Part shown: positions 1 to 9,882 of the stretch, in pieces
How the letters are laid out: each line of letters starts with the position of its first letter
Numbering within the stretch: position 1 is the stretch's first letter
IMG/VR virus record: IMGVR_UViG_3300045996_003052
Coordinates: 1-64,000 of that record
Length of the DNA stretch: 64,000 nucleotides
Source: a virus
Direction: 5' to 3' (one strand)
Program-made: the position numbers and the translations under genes
Notes under the pieces: model-generated
What the model was told of the DNA's origin: nothing
Databases searched by the model: none
Seen by the model: the letters and a program-made list of their open reading frames with translations, nothing else

Positions 1-1100
1 GGCGATTTGCTGGCGCTCGGACTAACACTCGGAGACTCGCTTGCGGATGGCGACACGGACGCCGACGGCGATTTGCTAGCCGACGGGCTAATACTCGGCG
101 ACTCCGATGCCGACGGACTGACTGACGCTGACGGTGAGACTGATGGCGACTCACTCGCGCTGGGCGATTTCGAAGCGCTCGGTGAAATGCTTGGACTTTC
201 AGATGCCGACGGACTGATCGATGGCGATTCACTCGCGCTCGGTGAAATCGAAGGGGAGAACGCGGTGACTTCAATAATGCGTCGCCGCCAAACCATCCGC
301 GTCGTGCTGCGGAATACGTCGCGATATACATACGGCACGTACCGTACGAACTTTCGAATTGGCGTCGGCGGCATGGTTTCCGACGGACTCACGCTCGCAC
401 TCGGACTAATTGACGCAGACGGACTAATGGACGGGCTTTCACTCGACGACGGCGACGTTGAGGCACTCGGGCTGATCGACGGCGACGCGCTTGCCGACGG
501 AGACACGCTCGGCGATTCGCTCGCGCTGGGACTGACACTAGGGCTGGCGCTCGCGCTCGGCGAGACCGAGGCGCTCGGACTGACCGACGGACTAACGGAG
601 GGTGAATCAGCCGCCACAGCAAAGGGCGTATCGACCCGCGCATTCGTCGCTGCATGATTGAATGTCGGGCCAACCGCACCGCCGTGCGCGTTGTTGTTGG
701 TGACGCGGACTTCCAGGACGAAGCGATCACCCGACGCCCACGTGCCCAGACTCTGACTCGTGAAGGAGAACGTCTTGTCGCCGGTCGTCGCGGTGGATTG
801 TTCGGCTGAGTAGCCGGAGCTGGTCTGGATCGCGCCGCTACTGTCGACACGGTGGAGTTGGACGGCCGCCGTTGTACCGGCGGCGGCAACCGAGACGTTC
901 AAGACGATGCTGTAATCGCCAGTCGCGCCTCCAACACCTGGTATCCCTGCGAGTGTCGCAAAATACCCGCTGCTAGTGCCGCCCGAATTGGTCGCGGTAA
1001 TCGTGTCCGTGCCGCTGGCGGTCTCGTCCAGGATGTGCGTGAACGCCCCGCCGAGAGTGAGATCCGAGGCGCCGTCCTGGAAGCGGAAGGTGCGGGCCAT
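1..1100 (-). CDS. Probable virion protein with beta-rich N-domain and two Ser/Pro (SPSAS-x) repeat tracts; runs off the window end
   Basis: Manually translated from ATG at 1100 (MARTFRFQDGASDLTLGGAF...); open to the window edge. Absent from the ORF track because it has no stop in the window. Repeats at ~373-606 and ~1-260 are separated by an aromatic/basic segment (KFVRYVPYVYRDVFR). Confidence 0.8.
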   Translation of the reverse strand, partial: MARTFRFQDGASDLTLGGAFTHILDETASGTDTITATNSGGTSSGYFATLAGIPGVGGATGDYSIVLNVSVAAAGTTAAVQLHRVDSSGAIQTSSGYSAEQSTATTGDKTFSFTSQSLGTWASGDRFVLEVRVTNNNAHGGAVGPTFNHAATNARVDTPFAVAADSPSVSPSVSPSASVSPSASASPSVSPSASESPSVSPSASASPSISPSASTSPSSSESPSISPSASISPSASVSPSETMPPTPIRKFVRYVPYVYRDVFRSTTRMVWRRRIIEVTAFSPSISPSASESPSISPSASESPSISPSASKSPSASESPSVSPSASVSPSASESPSISPSASKSPSASVSPSASESPSVSPSASKS

Positions 1101-1445
1101 CTAGGGCCGCCTCTCACACGGAGCAGAGGTACCCGGCCACCAATGGCCCACTTTTAGCGCGCGTAACGGCAAGTCAGGCATAAATTCGCGTTGGCGCTCA
1201 TGCTGGCCACCATCGCTGAAAACAATTTCCGTGATCGGATTATGGTCGTATCGAACGGATCCACTACCGACCACAACGCTTCTATTTTCTTCATAGGCCC
1301 AGTAGAGCGACTGGCTTGCGAAGCGCACGATACCTAACGGATCCTGCACTTCGACCACGTCCACACCTTCACCTGGACTCGTCGGCCAGTCCTGAATCGT
1401 ACCGACCCAGGTAGCGCCATCAACATAGTGGACGCGAAGAATCAT
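1101..1445 (-). CDS. Hypothetical protein
   Basis: 114-aa ORF tightly coupled to both neighbours in the minus-strand operon. Confidence 0.65.
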   Translation of the reverse strand: MILRVHYVDGATWVGTIQDWPTSPGEGVDVVEVQDPLGIVRFASQSLYWAYEENRSVVVGSGSVRYDHNPITEIVFSDGGQHERQREFMPDLPLRALKVGHWWPGTSAPCERRP

Positions 1446-1912
1446 CCAATTTCTTCGAAAATAATTTCTCCACTAAGTGGAATGGCTCCACTGGGAGCCG
1501 CCTCAAGGCCGACCACGATTGTGCCTCCGGGCGGCACAATTACGCGCTGCTCCGGTGGGAAAATCAAATGGTAGCCATTTAGCACGTTTTCCCCAGCCCT
1601 GCGGATAACCTCGATGGTGCCGGTTGACGAGGCGCGCGATGTGTTGTTCCGTTCGACGGTCGACGTCGCCGCAGGATCTTGCACGCCTCCTAGTTTGCGT
1701 GGCGTCACGGCCGCACCGCCGCTGCCGGACGTCACGGTGGCTGGAATGCGCTTGACCGCAAACGGCAACTGTTGACTGACCTCGTCGCTGTCGTTCGTGA
1801 TATGCACCTCGTGCACCGCAACGACCACGGCTGCACCAGCTAGAAGCTCGAATAGATCCTGCGCGGCGGACACCGAAACTCCCTCGAAAACGGCGGAATA
1901 CATACGTCCCAT
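1442..1912 (-). CDS. Hypothetical beta-rich protein, possibly virion-associated
   Basis: GGAG Shine-Dalgarno upstream; Ala/Val/Gly/Ser/Thr-rich; lies between repeat-bearing genes. Confidence 0.7.
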   Translation of the reverse strand: MGRMYSAVFEGVSVSAAQDLFELLAGAAVVVAVHEVHITNDSDEVSQQLPFAVKRIPATVTSGSGGAAVTPRKLGGVQDPAATSTVERNNTSRASSTGTIEVIRRAGENVLNGYHLIFPPEQRVIVPPGGTIVVGLEAAPSGAIPLSGEIIFEEIG

Positions 1913-1922
1913 AACTGCTCTC

Positions 1923-3617
1923 CTATCGTGTAAGCATGGCTTTCATGCGCCACCGCCAATATGGTTGATACAGCCATTCCCCCGGTGGTGGGGGACTTGG
2001 TGAAATAGACGCGGACGGTGACACGCTTAAGCTCACGCTCGCACTCGGACTCACCGATGCCGAGGGACTGATTGACGGCGATTCACTCGCGCTTGGACTA
2101 ACGGACGCACTTGGACTTTGTGATGGCGATTCACTAGCGCTTGGAGATTTACTAGCCGACGGCGAAATACTCGGGCTTTCAGACGCACTCGGGCTTTTCG
2201 ACGCCGAAGGGCTGACCGACGGCGACTCTGATGCACTTGGTGAAACCGAGGCCGACGGGGATTTCGACGCCGAGGGCGAAACACTCGGTGACTCACTCGC
2301 GCTGGGACTTTTTGACGCACTCGGGGAGACGCTGGGGCTTTCCGAGGCGCTCGGACTCTTACTGGCGCTCGGCGAAATGCTGGGACTTTCGGACGCGCTT
2401 GGCGATTTCGACGCACTCGGTGATGTCGAGGCCGACGGGCTAACGGATGGACTAACCGACGATGATCCAGCAGCCGCTGGTACGAACTCCACAACCGCCC
2501 AGAGCGCCGAGACTCGCGTATCCGGGTTGCCGTCGGTCGTCTTCGCGCTGATCTGCATCGAGTCTATGGTGGTAGGTGTCCACGCCGCGCCATCCGGATC
2601 GACATAGCGCGTCAGTTTTGATTGCCGACTACCGGCTGTGTCGTCATTGGTGAACCATGAGGTTGATCCCCAAATCACCGCCGAAGCGGATGTAATGGTA
2701 CCGCCTGAGGCTTTCTTGATTTGAGGGAACCAGTTGCTCGCGGCCGAACCTGCCGCGCCGACTTGTGCGTGAACTTCGACGAGCGTGATGGTGTCGCCGG
2801 AACCGATTCCACCGACAGATCCGTTGTCGATGTCCACCCAGACATCGGAAGGATTGACAGGCAGAATCACATAATCGGTAGCATCATTCGGATCGGCTTC
2901 GTCGAGTTGCCCCTCAATCGTGCCGCTGTCGGCCCCGCCGCGTGTCGGTGACCCAGTGTCGGCATCGCCTGCCCCATTGACGCGCAAGTAGCCGACCGAT
3001 CCCACTCCAGGGAGGCCCGTCTGCGTTGACCCACTATTATCGTTTACGGCGAGGTCGTCAAAATACCATTCACCCGTCGTGTTGGCTTCGCTGTTAAGAT
3101 TGCCGCCTAACTGTATGCGCGCTGCCGTAACCGAAAGACTTCGAGTCCCCCCAATGACCTCCACCCCATCCACGAATAGACGCGAACTGTCGGAGATTCC
3201 TAAATCTGTGATGTATTCCAGTTCGATCCGATACTGCTGATTCGTCGCGAGCGCGTCTGCGGCAGCGCCGACTAATCCGTCTTCATCGTAGAGGCGTAGA
3301 ATGCCGTTCTCGTCCAAGGTCACGTACTGTCCTATAGACGCGAACTCGTTTGAAAACTGCAATATACGATTTTCCGCACTGGCGCGCGTGACGACGTATA
3401 AATAGACGCGCGGGAATAATCGGTCGAGACCAGTAGAGGCAAATTGAAACGTGTGCCCCTTGGGCGTGCCGGACGCGAGGCCGCTTATGCCCAGCGATCT
3501 ACTGCCCGTCCGCTTCTGAGTTGTGCTGCTTTGTGTAATGCCACCCTCAAGCGACTGGTGCGCGGGCTCATTCGCCAGCGTCAGGCATTCCCACCCACAG
3601 GTCAGGAGTCGCGCCAT
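1923..3617 (-). CDS. Probable virion/fibre protein with lectin-like beta domains and a ~155-aa C-terminal SPSAS repeat
   Basis: Start re-assigned to ATG 3617 (MARLLTCGWE), because the longer start overlaps the upstream gene. Ends PPPPGEWLYQPYWRWRMKAMLTR. Confidence 0.8.
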   Translation of the reverse strand: MARLLTCGWECLTLANEPAHQSLEGGITQSSTTQKRTGSRSLGISGLASGTPKGHTFQFASTGLDRLFPRVYLYVVTRASAENRILQFSNEFASIGQYVTLDENGILRLYDEDGLVGAAADALATNQQYRIELEYITDLGISDSSRLFVDGVEVIGGTRSLSVTAARIQLGGNLNSEANTTGEWYFDDLAVNDNSGSTQTGLPGVGSVGYLRVNGAGDADTGSPTRGGADSGTIEGQLDEADPNDATDYVILPVNPSDVWVDIDNGSVGGIGSGDTITLVEVHAQVGAAGSAASNWFPQIKKASGGTITSASAVIWGSTSWFTNDDTAGSRQSKLTRYVDPDGAAWTPTTIDSMQISAKTTDGNPDTRVSALWAVVEFVPAAAGSSSVSPSVSPSASTSPSASKSPSASESPSISPSASKSPSASESPSVSPSASKSPSASESPSVSPSASKSPSASVSPSASESPSVSPSASKSPSASESPSISPSASKSPSASESPSQSPSASVSPSASESPSISPSASVSPSASVSLSVSPSASISPSPPPPGEWLYQPYWRWRMKAMLTR

Positions 3618-3624
3618 CGGTGTT

Positions 3625-4080
3625 CTACGGCAGCGGCAGGAACTTCGACAGGAGATCGCCCGGTTGTCCGGCCGCCGCAACTGAGAACGAGTCGCCCGGC
3701 ACGATCTGCCAATAGTGCGTGCAGTTGCGGTTGATGTAGGCTTCTTGGCGCAGCCGCTGTTGCATCTCGGCGCGCGTGGGGTTCTGTCCGGTACCAATCT
3801 CAACCGTCCACCAGAGCGTCGTATCCTGTGAGTATTCGTTCCGCACGACCGCCGGAACATCCGAGTTCAGCATCACGCCGCCCTCGACGAGAATTTGCGG
3901 TGTACCGACGGGCAGTAGCGACTGTTTCAGCCGCCAGCGGTTATAGAGAGGCGGGTTCACGCCGGGTTCGGGGTCGATCCCTTCGATCACGTCGTAGACG
4001 CTGCCCGTCCCGCGAATCGTGCCGATGACCGCGTTACGGGCGTCGGTGTCGTCAATGGTAATCAGGACACAGGCTTTCAT
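3625..4080 (-). CDS. Hypothetical protein
   Basis: AGGAG SD; 151 aa; co-oriented in the operon. Confidence 0.7.
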   Translation of the reverse strand: MKACVLITIDDTDARNAVIGTIRGTGSVYDVIEGIDPEPGVNPPLYNRWRLKQSLLPVGTPQILVEGGVMLNSDVPAVVRNEYSQDTTLWWTVEIGTGQNPTRAEMQQRLRQEAYINRNCTHYWQIVPGDSFSVAAAGQPGDLLSKFLPLP

Positions 4081-4582
4081 CGTCGTGTTCTCCTAAATTT
4101 CCGTTTCCGTTTCCGTTTTCTGACAACACCGGTACGTATTCGTAGAATCCGTGTGTCCCGGTGTGCCTGACTTTGCCCTCGCGAATAAGTCTGAGCATGG
4201 CGTTCTCGATAGGACCGCCGCCCAACAACTTGACGTGTTCGATGATCTCACGGCGGTGCACCGGGCGCGGATTGCCCTGAAGAAAGTTCGCGATCAGATC
4301 CCGGCGCTTCGTCGCCGCGATCACGCAGTCGCGCTGCTTTGAGGCGGCAATAAAAAGCGGAGAAGGACGATGGCCACGCCGTTTCTTCTTGACTGGTTCT
4401 TCTGCCGGACGGTCCTCTGCCGGACGGTCCTTCAGCACAATCTGATTGTTAACCGGCTCGGCCGACACGTAGGCGGGTTTGTCCTCGCCGAACGGCAACT
4501 GGAGTGCTCCGACGAGCTTGCGCACCTCGTCTACCGTGTCGCACTCCACCAGAATGTCGTCCATGCGAACCCTAAATGCCAT
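4052..4582 (-). CDS. Putative winged-helix DNA-binding protein
   Basis: Basic linker followed by a wHTH-like C-terminus (HRREIIEHV...IENAMLRLIREGKVRHTG...YEY). Confidence 0.55.
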   Translation of the reverse strand: MAFRVRMDDILVECDTVDEVRKLVGALQLPFGEDKPAYVSAEPVNNQIVLKDRPAEDRPAEEPVKKKRRGHRPSPLFIAASKQRDCVIAATKRRDLIANFLQGNPRPVHRREIIEHVKLLGGGPIENAMLRLIREGKVRHTGTHGFYEYVPVLSENGNGNGNLGEHDDESLCPDYH

Positions 4583-4586
4583 CAGA

Positions 4587-5606
4587 TCAGCGCCTCACAA
4601 CCGTCATGCTGGCCGTACCAACATTTCCTGAAGTATCCCTTACCTCCACGCGCACCAGGTAGGTGCCAGCAGTGCGGATGGTGGTATACATCGTGTAGCT
4701 GGTGCTCTGATGCGTCAGGTGCGCGGCCTCGACGGCGCCGATGTAGAGGTAGACATGCGCCACGTCTGTGGCGCGGGTCTTCACTGAGAAGTTGAAGTTA
4801 GGCGAGTTGCCAGACCGGCGGTAGGTCAGGTCGTACACGTCTGGAGCCTCGGTGTCAGTCGGCGGTGGCGGTGGCGGAGGTTGTGCCGCGCCTGACTGAG
4901 ACACGTTATACGTGACGGAACTTCCGGCAAAAGCCAGCATCGCCGTGCGCGGCGACGTGGAGGTATTGGGCGCGGCAGTAAAAGAGACGGCCACGCTGCC
5001 CGTGCCGTTGGTCGGGGTGAGTGTCAGCCAGGTCGACGAGTTACCCAAGGACCACTGACAATTCGTAGCCGACGCCTGCACGCCGAAGATACCTTGGCCG
5101 CCGGCGGCCGCAATGGGGTCGGTCGAAACAGGAATATTGAGTGTGAAGGTGCACGGCGGAGGCAGGGGCGGCGGTGTGCCGCCATCGCCATTAACTACAC
5201 GCGACGTTATCGGGCTCCACAGCGTTTCACTGACAACAGTGCCATCAGCCAGCGTCCGGGACGCCTGGATGGCGACTTGCGCTCCGAGCTGATGAGAGCC
5301 GGCCGTGAGCACGATGGGACCGGCGACGAACGGCACGATCCCAGTTACCGGGTCGTAGGTATAGGTCTCGCGATTCGCCGCACCCTCCCAGACCGCCACC
5401 CCGTCCACAGTCACCAGCACCCGCTGGATGGACTGGAGAGTGCCATCTGCCAGCCTGATCGGTTGACACACAATGACGCGCACGGGAACACCTACAGGCG
5501 CAACTAGCGGACTGGTATCTGGACAGGTGTTAAGGGTTTGAGCGGAGATATTACCTGCTAGGGTTAATAAAAGCAGGAGATACCAGAAAACTATTTTTCG
5601 AATCAC
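4587..5606 (-). CDS. Secreted protein with signal peptide, Ig-like domains and a BACON-like domain
   Basis: N-terminal MIRKIVFWYLLLLLTLAGNISA signal peptide; poly-Pro linkers; BACON-like CxW...WLTLTP...G.G.V.FT..PNT...RTA.L....YNVSQ. Confidence 0.7.
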   Translation of the reverse strand: MIRKIVFWYLLLLLTLAGNISAQTLNTCPDTSPLVAPVGVPVRVIVCQPIRLADGTLQSIQRVLVTVDGVAVWEGAANRETYTYDPVTGIVPFVAGPIVLTAGSHQLGAQVAIQASRTLADGTVVSETLWSPITSRVVNGDGGTPPPLPPPCTFTLNIPVSTDPIAAAGGQGIFGVQASATNCQWSLGNSSTWLTLTPTNGTGSVAVSFTAAPNTSTSPRTAMLAFAGSSVTYNVSQSGAAQPPPPPPPTDTEAPDVYDLTYRRSGNSPNFNFSVKTRATDVAHVYLYIGAVEAAHLTHQSTSYTMYTTIRTAGTYLVRVEVRDTSGNVGTASMTVVRR

Positions 5607-7252
5607 TTTACGTTCTCCTGAAGAAACTGCTCAAAGCGTCCCTTCGTGACGCCCCAACCCGGCACCTCGTCAACTAAAGCCCAACCCTCGCAAGCTTTAG
5701 GGTTCCGAAATTCGGACGGATCCCAACGCGACTCGGTCAGGTTCTGGGCGTGGCGAAGATCAACGTTGGGGAACGGACTCATCCATCGCTGCGCGGAATA
5801 GCTATCCACGCCTCGCGGTGGTCGATGGCACCCGGGTTCAAAACCCATCGCCCGAGTAAAACCTTCCCGCTCCACCCGCTCGATACGCTTTCGATAGTGC
5901 TCGATGAGCAATTTACGGTAAGCGCATAGCCCCGATGTCTGCTTCGTGTAATAGAAGACCGCTTGCCCTGTTTTTGTGTCAACTTTGTAGGTATTTTCAT
6001 TGTAGTAAAAGACGTCAGCCTGTGGCGGCGTAAACTCAAAGTGCGACGAGTGGTACAACACGTCGTGCTCACACAGGAAAACAATGTCGGCGTCGGTGGC
6101 CTCAAGGCCAGCGAGAATTTGGCGAAACATCGTCATAGTCCCGCGTTCAAGGGGGACTACGACGTTCCTGCCAAAATCCAGTGGTTTTAACGAAACCGAC
6201 ACCAAGTCGTGTCCGTTAAGGCTGTGCTGCAGCCGCTGCCGCACCGGCGCGGCCAGCTTCTCGTCAAGCCGGCTATCCGTATAATAGATCGCGGCTTTCT
6301 TTAGCGGTTTTCCGGCCACGTCCTCCCACCCTGGTACCGGCGCAAACTTCTTAATAAGCCACTCGAACGGCAATTTCGCGCCCGGCCACTTGTTTTCTAC
6401 CCACAACTGCCGGGAGTATTTACGCGCTTTCTCGACGTCCTTGGCAGGATTCTGGTAAGGAAAGCCAAAGTCACCGCCTTGGGTACGGAACATATGGGCG
6501 TACCAGGTCTTTTTGTTGACCACCTGCCGGCCACCGGAAAGCCAAGACTTGCAGGAAATCTCAACGCCCATCTGGCCCCAAGAACCATGGCGTTCGTCCA
6601 ATCCCCCAAGCTCCCAGTACCGTTTTCTGTGCATGAACCAACAGGCTCCAAGATTGCACATCACGTCAACGATGTCGCCTTGGGCCTCAGGGCGCGACTT
6701 GTAGCCGCCCCAGTACTGAAAATGAAGATCGCGGTCAAATCGCCACGCCTCAGTCATCTTATGTAGGCGCGGCTTCCAAATCATCTCGCGACGCATCCCA
6801 ATTCGCTTGCACAGTGGACACTTTTCAGGAGTCGGCCCCTGATAGATTCGGCCCTGGCAGCCTTTTCCATCGCCCTCGTAGCTGTGGCACACCCAGTCGA
6901 AAGCGTGCAAGTTATACATCCGTGGAATGACTGTCCAGTCACGCTCGCAGTCTGCCATTAACTTAACGTCGAAGCCCTCGTCAACCGAGCAGTGCGCGTC
7001 CAATTTCATGATAAACTTGGACTGCGACAACCACGCTGCCTGATTCGTCGCGCCGCGTTGACCGCGAGGGTTGGCGTTATAAATGACCTGAACCCTTGGG
7101 TCCTGTGGCAATTCAAACCCCGCCACTGCCCACTGCCCGTCAAACACAACGATGACCTCTGTATCTCCCCTAGAATTGTCAAGAACGTCCTTGACAGTTC
7201 GCGCCAGGAACATCTCGTTGCGCGCCGGAATAAGTACAGATAAATCTGCCAC
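5603..7252 (-). CDS. Two-domain GT-A glycosyltransferase; N-domain resembles polypeptide GalNAc-transferase (GT2/GT27-like)
   Basis: LSVLIPARNE start, DAH metal motif, WGQMGVEISCKSWLSGG...AHMFR; second domain with FLCEHDVLY (DxD-like). Confidence 0.85.
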   Translation of the reverse strand: MADLSVLIPARNEMFLARTVKDVLDNSRGDTEVIVVFDGQWAVAGFELPQDPRVQVIYNANPRGQRGATNQAAWLSQSKFIMKLDAHCSVDEGFDVKLMADCERDWTVIPRMYNLHAFDWVCHSYEGDGKGCQGRIYQGPTPEKCPLCKRIGMRREMIWKPRLHKMTEAWRFDRDLHFQYWGGYKSRPEAQGDIVDVMCNLGACWFMHRKRYWELGGLDERHGSWGQMGVEISCKSWLSGGRQVVNKKTWYAHMFRTQGGDFGFPYQNPAKDVEKARKYSRQLWVENKWPGAKLPFEWLIKKFAPVPGWEDVAGKPLKKAAIYYTDSRLDEKLAAPVRQRLQHSLNGHDLVSVSLKPLDFGRNVVVPLERGTMTMFRQILAGLEATDADIVFLCEHDVLYHSSHFEFTPPQADVFYYNENTYKVDTKTGQAVFYYTKQTSGLCAYRKLLIEHYRKRIERVEREGFTRAMGFEPGCHRPPRGVDSYSAQRWMSPFPNVDLRHAQNLTESRWDPSEFRNPKACEGWALVDEVPGWGVTKGRFEQFLQENVK

Positions 7253-7259
7253 GACCTAG

Positions 7260-7433
7260 CTACGCTCCCCCCGCCTGGCGAATTACCTCTTCTCGAAGTT
7301 TTTCACGATAATCTGGCAACAGTTCCTTACAGCTCCCGCAGAGCGGGATGCTGTACTGCCCAATCGGCGGCGTGTGCGTTTTGCCAGCGATACAGTCGTC
7401 GGTTTCCTGCTTGCAAATGAAGCACTTAGCCAT
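7260..7433 (-). CDS. Small zinc-finger protein
   Basis: MAKCFIC...CGSC; start re-assigned to ATG 7433. Confidence 0.5.
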   Translation of the reverse strand: MAKCFICKQETDDCIAGKTHTPPIGQYSIPLCGSCKELLPDYREKLREEVIRQAGGA

Positions 7434-7773
7434 TGACCACCTGCAGAGGAATATATTTTCGGCTACTGTCGCATCGGTCTGAAAACACCATAATGGCGCG
7501 AGACTCGCAGCGATATTCACGGCACAGTTGAGGGCGACGCTCATAGATTCCGCACAGCCCCTCTTCCGTTAACTGATTACACCGGCGCCGAATCTTTACC
7601 TGCCCGTTCGACAGCACAGTAGACATTCGCCGTAACTCCTCAAGGGTCACGCCCCACAGGCCGTGAACTTCAAGGAAGTATTGCCCGTCAATAGTCAGGT
7701 AGAGCTCGGGGAACAAGAGGTGCAGCGGCTCGATGTCTAGGTCTTCGCAGCACTTGGAACAATACTTTGACAC
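7426..7773 (-). CDS. YkgJ-like CxxCC cysteine-cluster (putative Fe-S/Zn) protein
   Basis: CSKCC...RCNQL...CGIYERRPQLCREY signature. Confidence 0.75.
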   Translation of the reverse strand: MSKYCSKCCEDLDIEPLHLLFPELYLTIDGQYFLEVHGLWGVTLEELRRMSTVLSNGQVKIRRRCNQLTEEGLCGIYERRPQLCREYRCESRAIMVFSDRCDSSRKYIPLQVVNG

Positions 7774-7994
7774 CTCGCCTCCCTCCTGGCAGCCTTATCA
7801 GCTCGGCGTGCCGCTTTCCCGCGTACTTTCTTCACAACACGACGGATGACCTGCGTATCGTGGTCGCGTTGGTATATAGTCTGATCACTAGTCTTTAAGT
7901 AGCCTCGGTCCGTCTCGTGCGGTTCATATATGTGGTGAGACCGGCCTTTGCTAGAGAATGTTCGCTCAATAACTTGTCCAGTTTTACTGTCCAA
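7737..7994 (-). CDS. Small basic hypothetical protein
   Basis: 85-aa ORF in the operon; C-terminal KVRGKAARRADK. Confidence 0.5.
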   Translation of the reverse strand: MDSKTGQVIERTFSSKGRSHHIYEPHETDRGYLKTSDQTIYQRDHDTQVIRRVVKKVRGKAARRADKAARREARCQSIVPSAAKT

Positions 7995-7997
7995 GGG

Positions 7998-8648
7998 CTA
8001 CTCCTTCACCCAAAACCAGGAACGCGGACGGTCGCGTTTCTCGCCTTCCTTTACGTCCTTGCGCCCGACGACGAACCACGGGCTAATGAAGAACGCGTCT
8101 GTGTAGGCGTTAACCGCCTGCACTACGTGGCACTGGTACGGCCCAGGACCGCGCCGACAGTAATCGTGGCCAGCCACGATACCGCCCTTCCGCACCTTCT
8201 TCTCCCAGGCGCAGATGTCGTCCATGACCCACGGCAGCCCGTGGTTCGCATCGATATAGACGAAGTCCAATGAAGTGTCCCTGAAATCTCGGGACGCCTC
8301 AACGCTAAACTTACGGATAAACTTTACCCGGCCTTCAAACGGCGCAAGGCGATCTTTCGCCGTAGCCAGGAGGCCGTCGACCTTGGACTGCGTGACGTGG
8401 TCACGGTAGCCCTGGTACGCCTTCCAAGCATCGACGCAAAAAAGTCGCAGGTTAGGATTACGCTTCAGCAGCACTTCAGAGTACTTGCCGGTCTCTACCC
8501 CAAGCTCCACACCCGTCTCATACCCAAGTTCAAAAAATAACGACGCGAGGTCGTCGCGGTCGACGTCAGGGAGCTCGACAGGCTGGCGAGCGTGTTTCGG
8601 GTCCGCTAACTCGTATTTCTTTGTAACATGCCACAACGTGTCAGGCAA
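7998..8648 (-). CDS. Class I SAM-dependent methyltransferase (Methyltransf_24-like, probable sugar O-methyltransferase)
   Basis: GVELGVETG, VDAW, LDFVYIDANH, GGIVAGHDY motifs. Confidence 0.85.
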   Translation of the reverse strand: MPDTLWHVTKKYELADPKHARQPVELPDVDRDDLASLFFELGYETGVELGVETGKYSEVLLKRNPNLRLFCVDAWKAYQGYRDHVTQSKVDGLLATAKDRLAPFEGRVKFIRKFSVEASRDFRDTSLDFVYIDANHGLPWVMDDICAWEKKVRKGGIVAGHDYCRRGPGPYQCHVVQAVNAYTDAFFISPWFVVGRKDVKEGEKRDRPRSWFWVKE

Positions 8649-9531
8649 GCGCTCTCTCCCAGAAACCTTTAATGATTTTCGGCCAGCTAAAGCGCTCGTG
8701 GGCTACCTGAATTTCTTCAGGCCGCACGCGACGGTAGGGCTGTTGAAACAGCGCCACCAGTTGGTCGATGACTTGTTGCCGCGGCAACTCCTCGATGTAC
8801 TCCGCAAGGTCCCCGTACCACTGCTGGTAATGTGGCCGATTGTACAGGACCGGGCGGGCACCGCAGAACAGCCCCTCGACGGCAGGCAGCTCGAAACCTT
8901 CTGTCCGGCGTAGGGGGCAGACGTACCGCACCTGAGACATAACCGACGCCAATTGGTCGTCGCTTATGTCTTGTTGGCAATCGATGTCCATCCCACGGTG
9001 AATAGGGCCACCCAAGTGAAACGCTTTTTTACCTACCAATCGAGTGGCCCAGGCCACCTCCCTAACCCCCTCCGTGAGCCACGACTGCCCGTGGGTCATC
9101 GAGAGGTAGGGGCGACTCCCGTTCAAACTCAACCTATCAAAGAACACACTACCGTGTGCTCCGAGGGGCGCGTGGTAGAACTCCCACGTTCGTTCACGGT
9201 TTTCACCGTCCTCAGCTGCCAAAGCATCAAGGTTGTAGTAGCTCCAAACCAACCTTGAATTTTTCCAAAGTGACCGCCAGTCCTGCGTGCGTGGTTTCTG
9301 CGTACTGCGTAAGCAGTACTGGATAACCGCGTATTTTTTCCCCGCAACCATCAGATCTCGCGCCTCGTTGTGGATCTGCTCACACCTACCGATGACGTGG
9401 AGCACTACGAGGTCCGCCTCGCCGACACGGTCAACGACGTGGACCTCAGGCGGGGCGTACTGCTTTAGGGCAGCTTCCACACGCCTGAGCGAGGGCGACT
9501 TGACCGGCGGTGGTTCGAGATAAACTTTCAA
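8641..9531 (-). CDS. GT-B glycosyltransferase (GT4-like)
   Basis: EGFELPAVE (EX7E) motif and terminal FSW. Confidence 0.8.
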   Translation of the reverse strand: MKVYLEPPPVKSPSLRRVEAALKQYAPPEVHVVDRVGEADLVVLHVIGRCEQIHNEARDLMVAGKKYAVIQYCLRSTQKPRTQDWRSLWKNSRLVWSYYNLDALAAEDGENRERTWEFYHAPLGAHGSVFFDRLSLNGSRPYLSMTHGQSWLTEGVREVAWATRLVGKKAFHLGGPIHRGMDIDCQQDISDDQLASVMSQVRYVCPLRRTEGFELPAVEGLFCGARPVLYNRPHYQQWYGDLAEYIEELPRQQVIDQLVALFQQPYRRVRPEEIQVAHERFSWPKIIKGFWERALA

Positions 9532-9665
9532 ACGTCTCCCTCATCGCGTCGATATAGGACGCGAGCTCCACGGGCATTGGCCCACGGTAGACCAGGTCCT
9601 GGTCCACAAAGACCAAGACCTGGTCGTCGGTCTCCCAAACCACGTAGAAATCGAACACCGTAGCT

Positions 9666-9863
9666 TTAGGTGACGGCCGGCTCGTCCGTGGCGTCGGTGT
9701 CGTCTTCAGGTCGAGTCCAACCATCCGCCTTGTTACGCTCGCGCCATTCTTGGTTGGTGCCCTGCTTCGTCTCCGTCTCCCCAGTCGCTGGATTGACGCG
9801 TGTCCAAGTGCTAAGCTTCTGCTGACCACGCGCCGAGTCGGTACCACGATCTTCTGGCTTCAT
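9666..9863 (-). CDS. Small hypothetical protein
   Basis: Strong AAGGAGG SD upstream of the ATG. Confidence 0.65.
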   Translation of the reverse strand: MKPEDRGTDSARGQQKLSTWTRVNPATGETETKQGTNQEWRERNKADGWTRPEDDTDATDEPAVT

Positions 9864-9882
9864 CCTATCCTCCTTTTTGTTT

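Noticed and set aside
7-657. Plus-strand ORF rich in DGD/ALG repeats resembling a calcium-binding repeat protein (similar ORFs at 2377, 11502, 54209, 56326)
   Set aside because: Antisense shadows of the SPSAS tracts. They coincide with the repeats, and the minus-strand genes have SDs and operon context.
3618-3860. N-terminal 81-aa extension of the 645-aa ORF
   Set aside because: Overlaps the 3625-4080 gene in another frame and is low-quality Arg/Cys-rich sequence; the start was moved to 3617.
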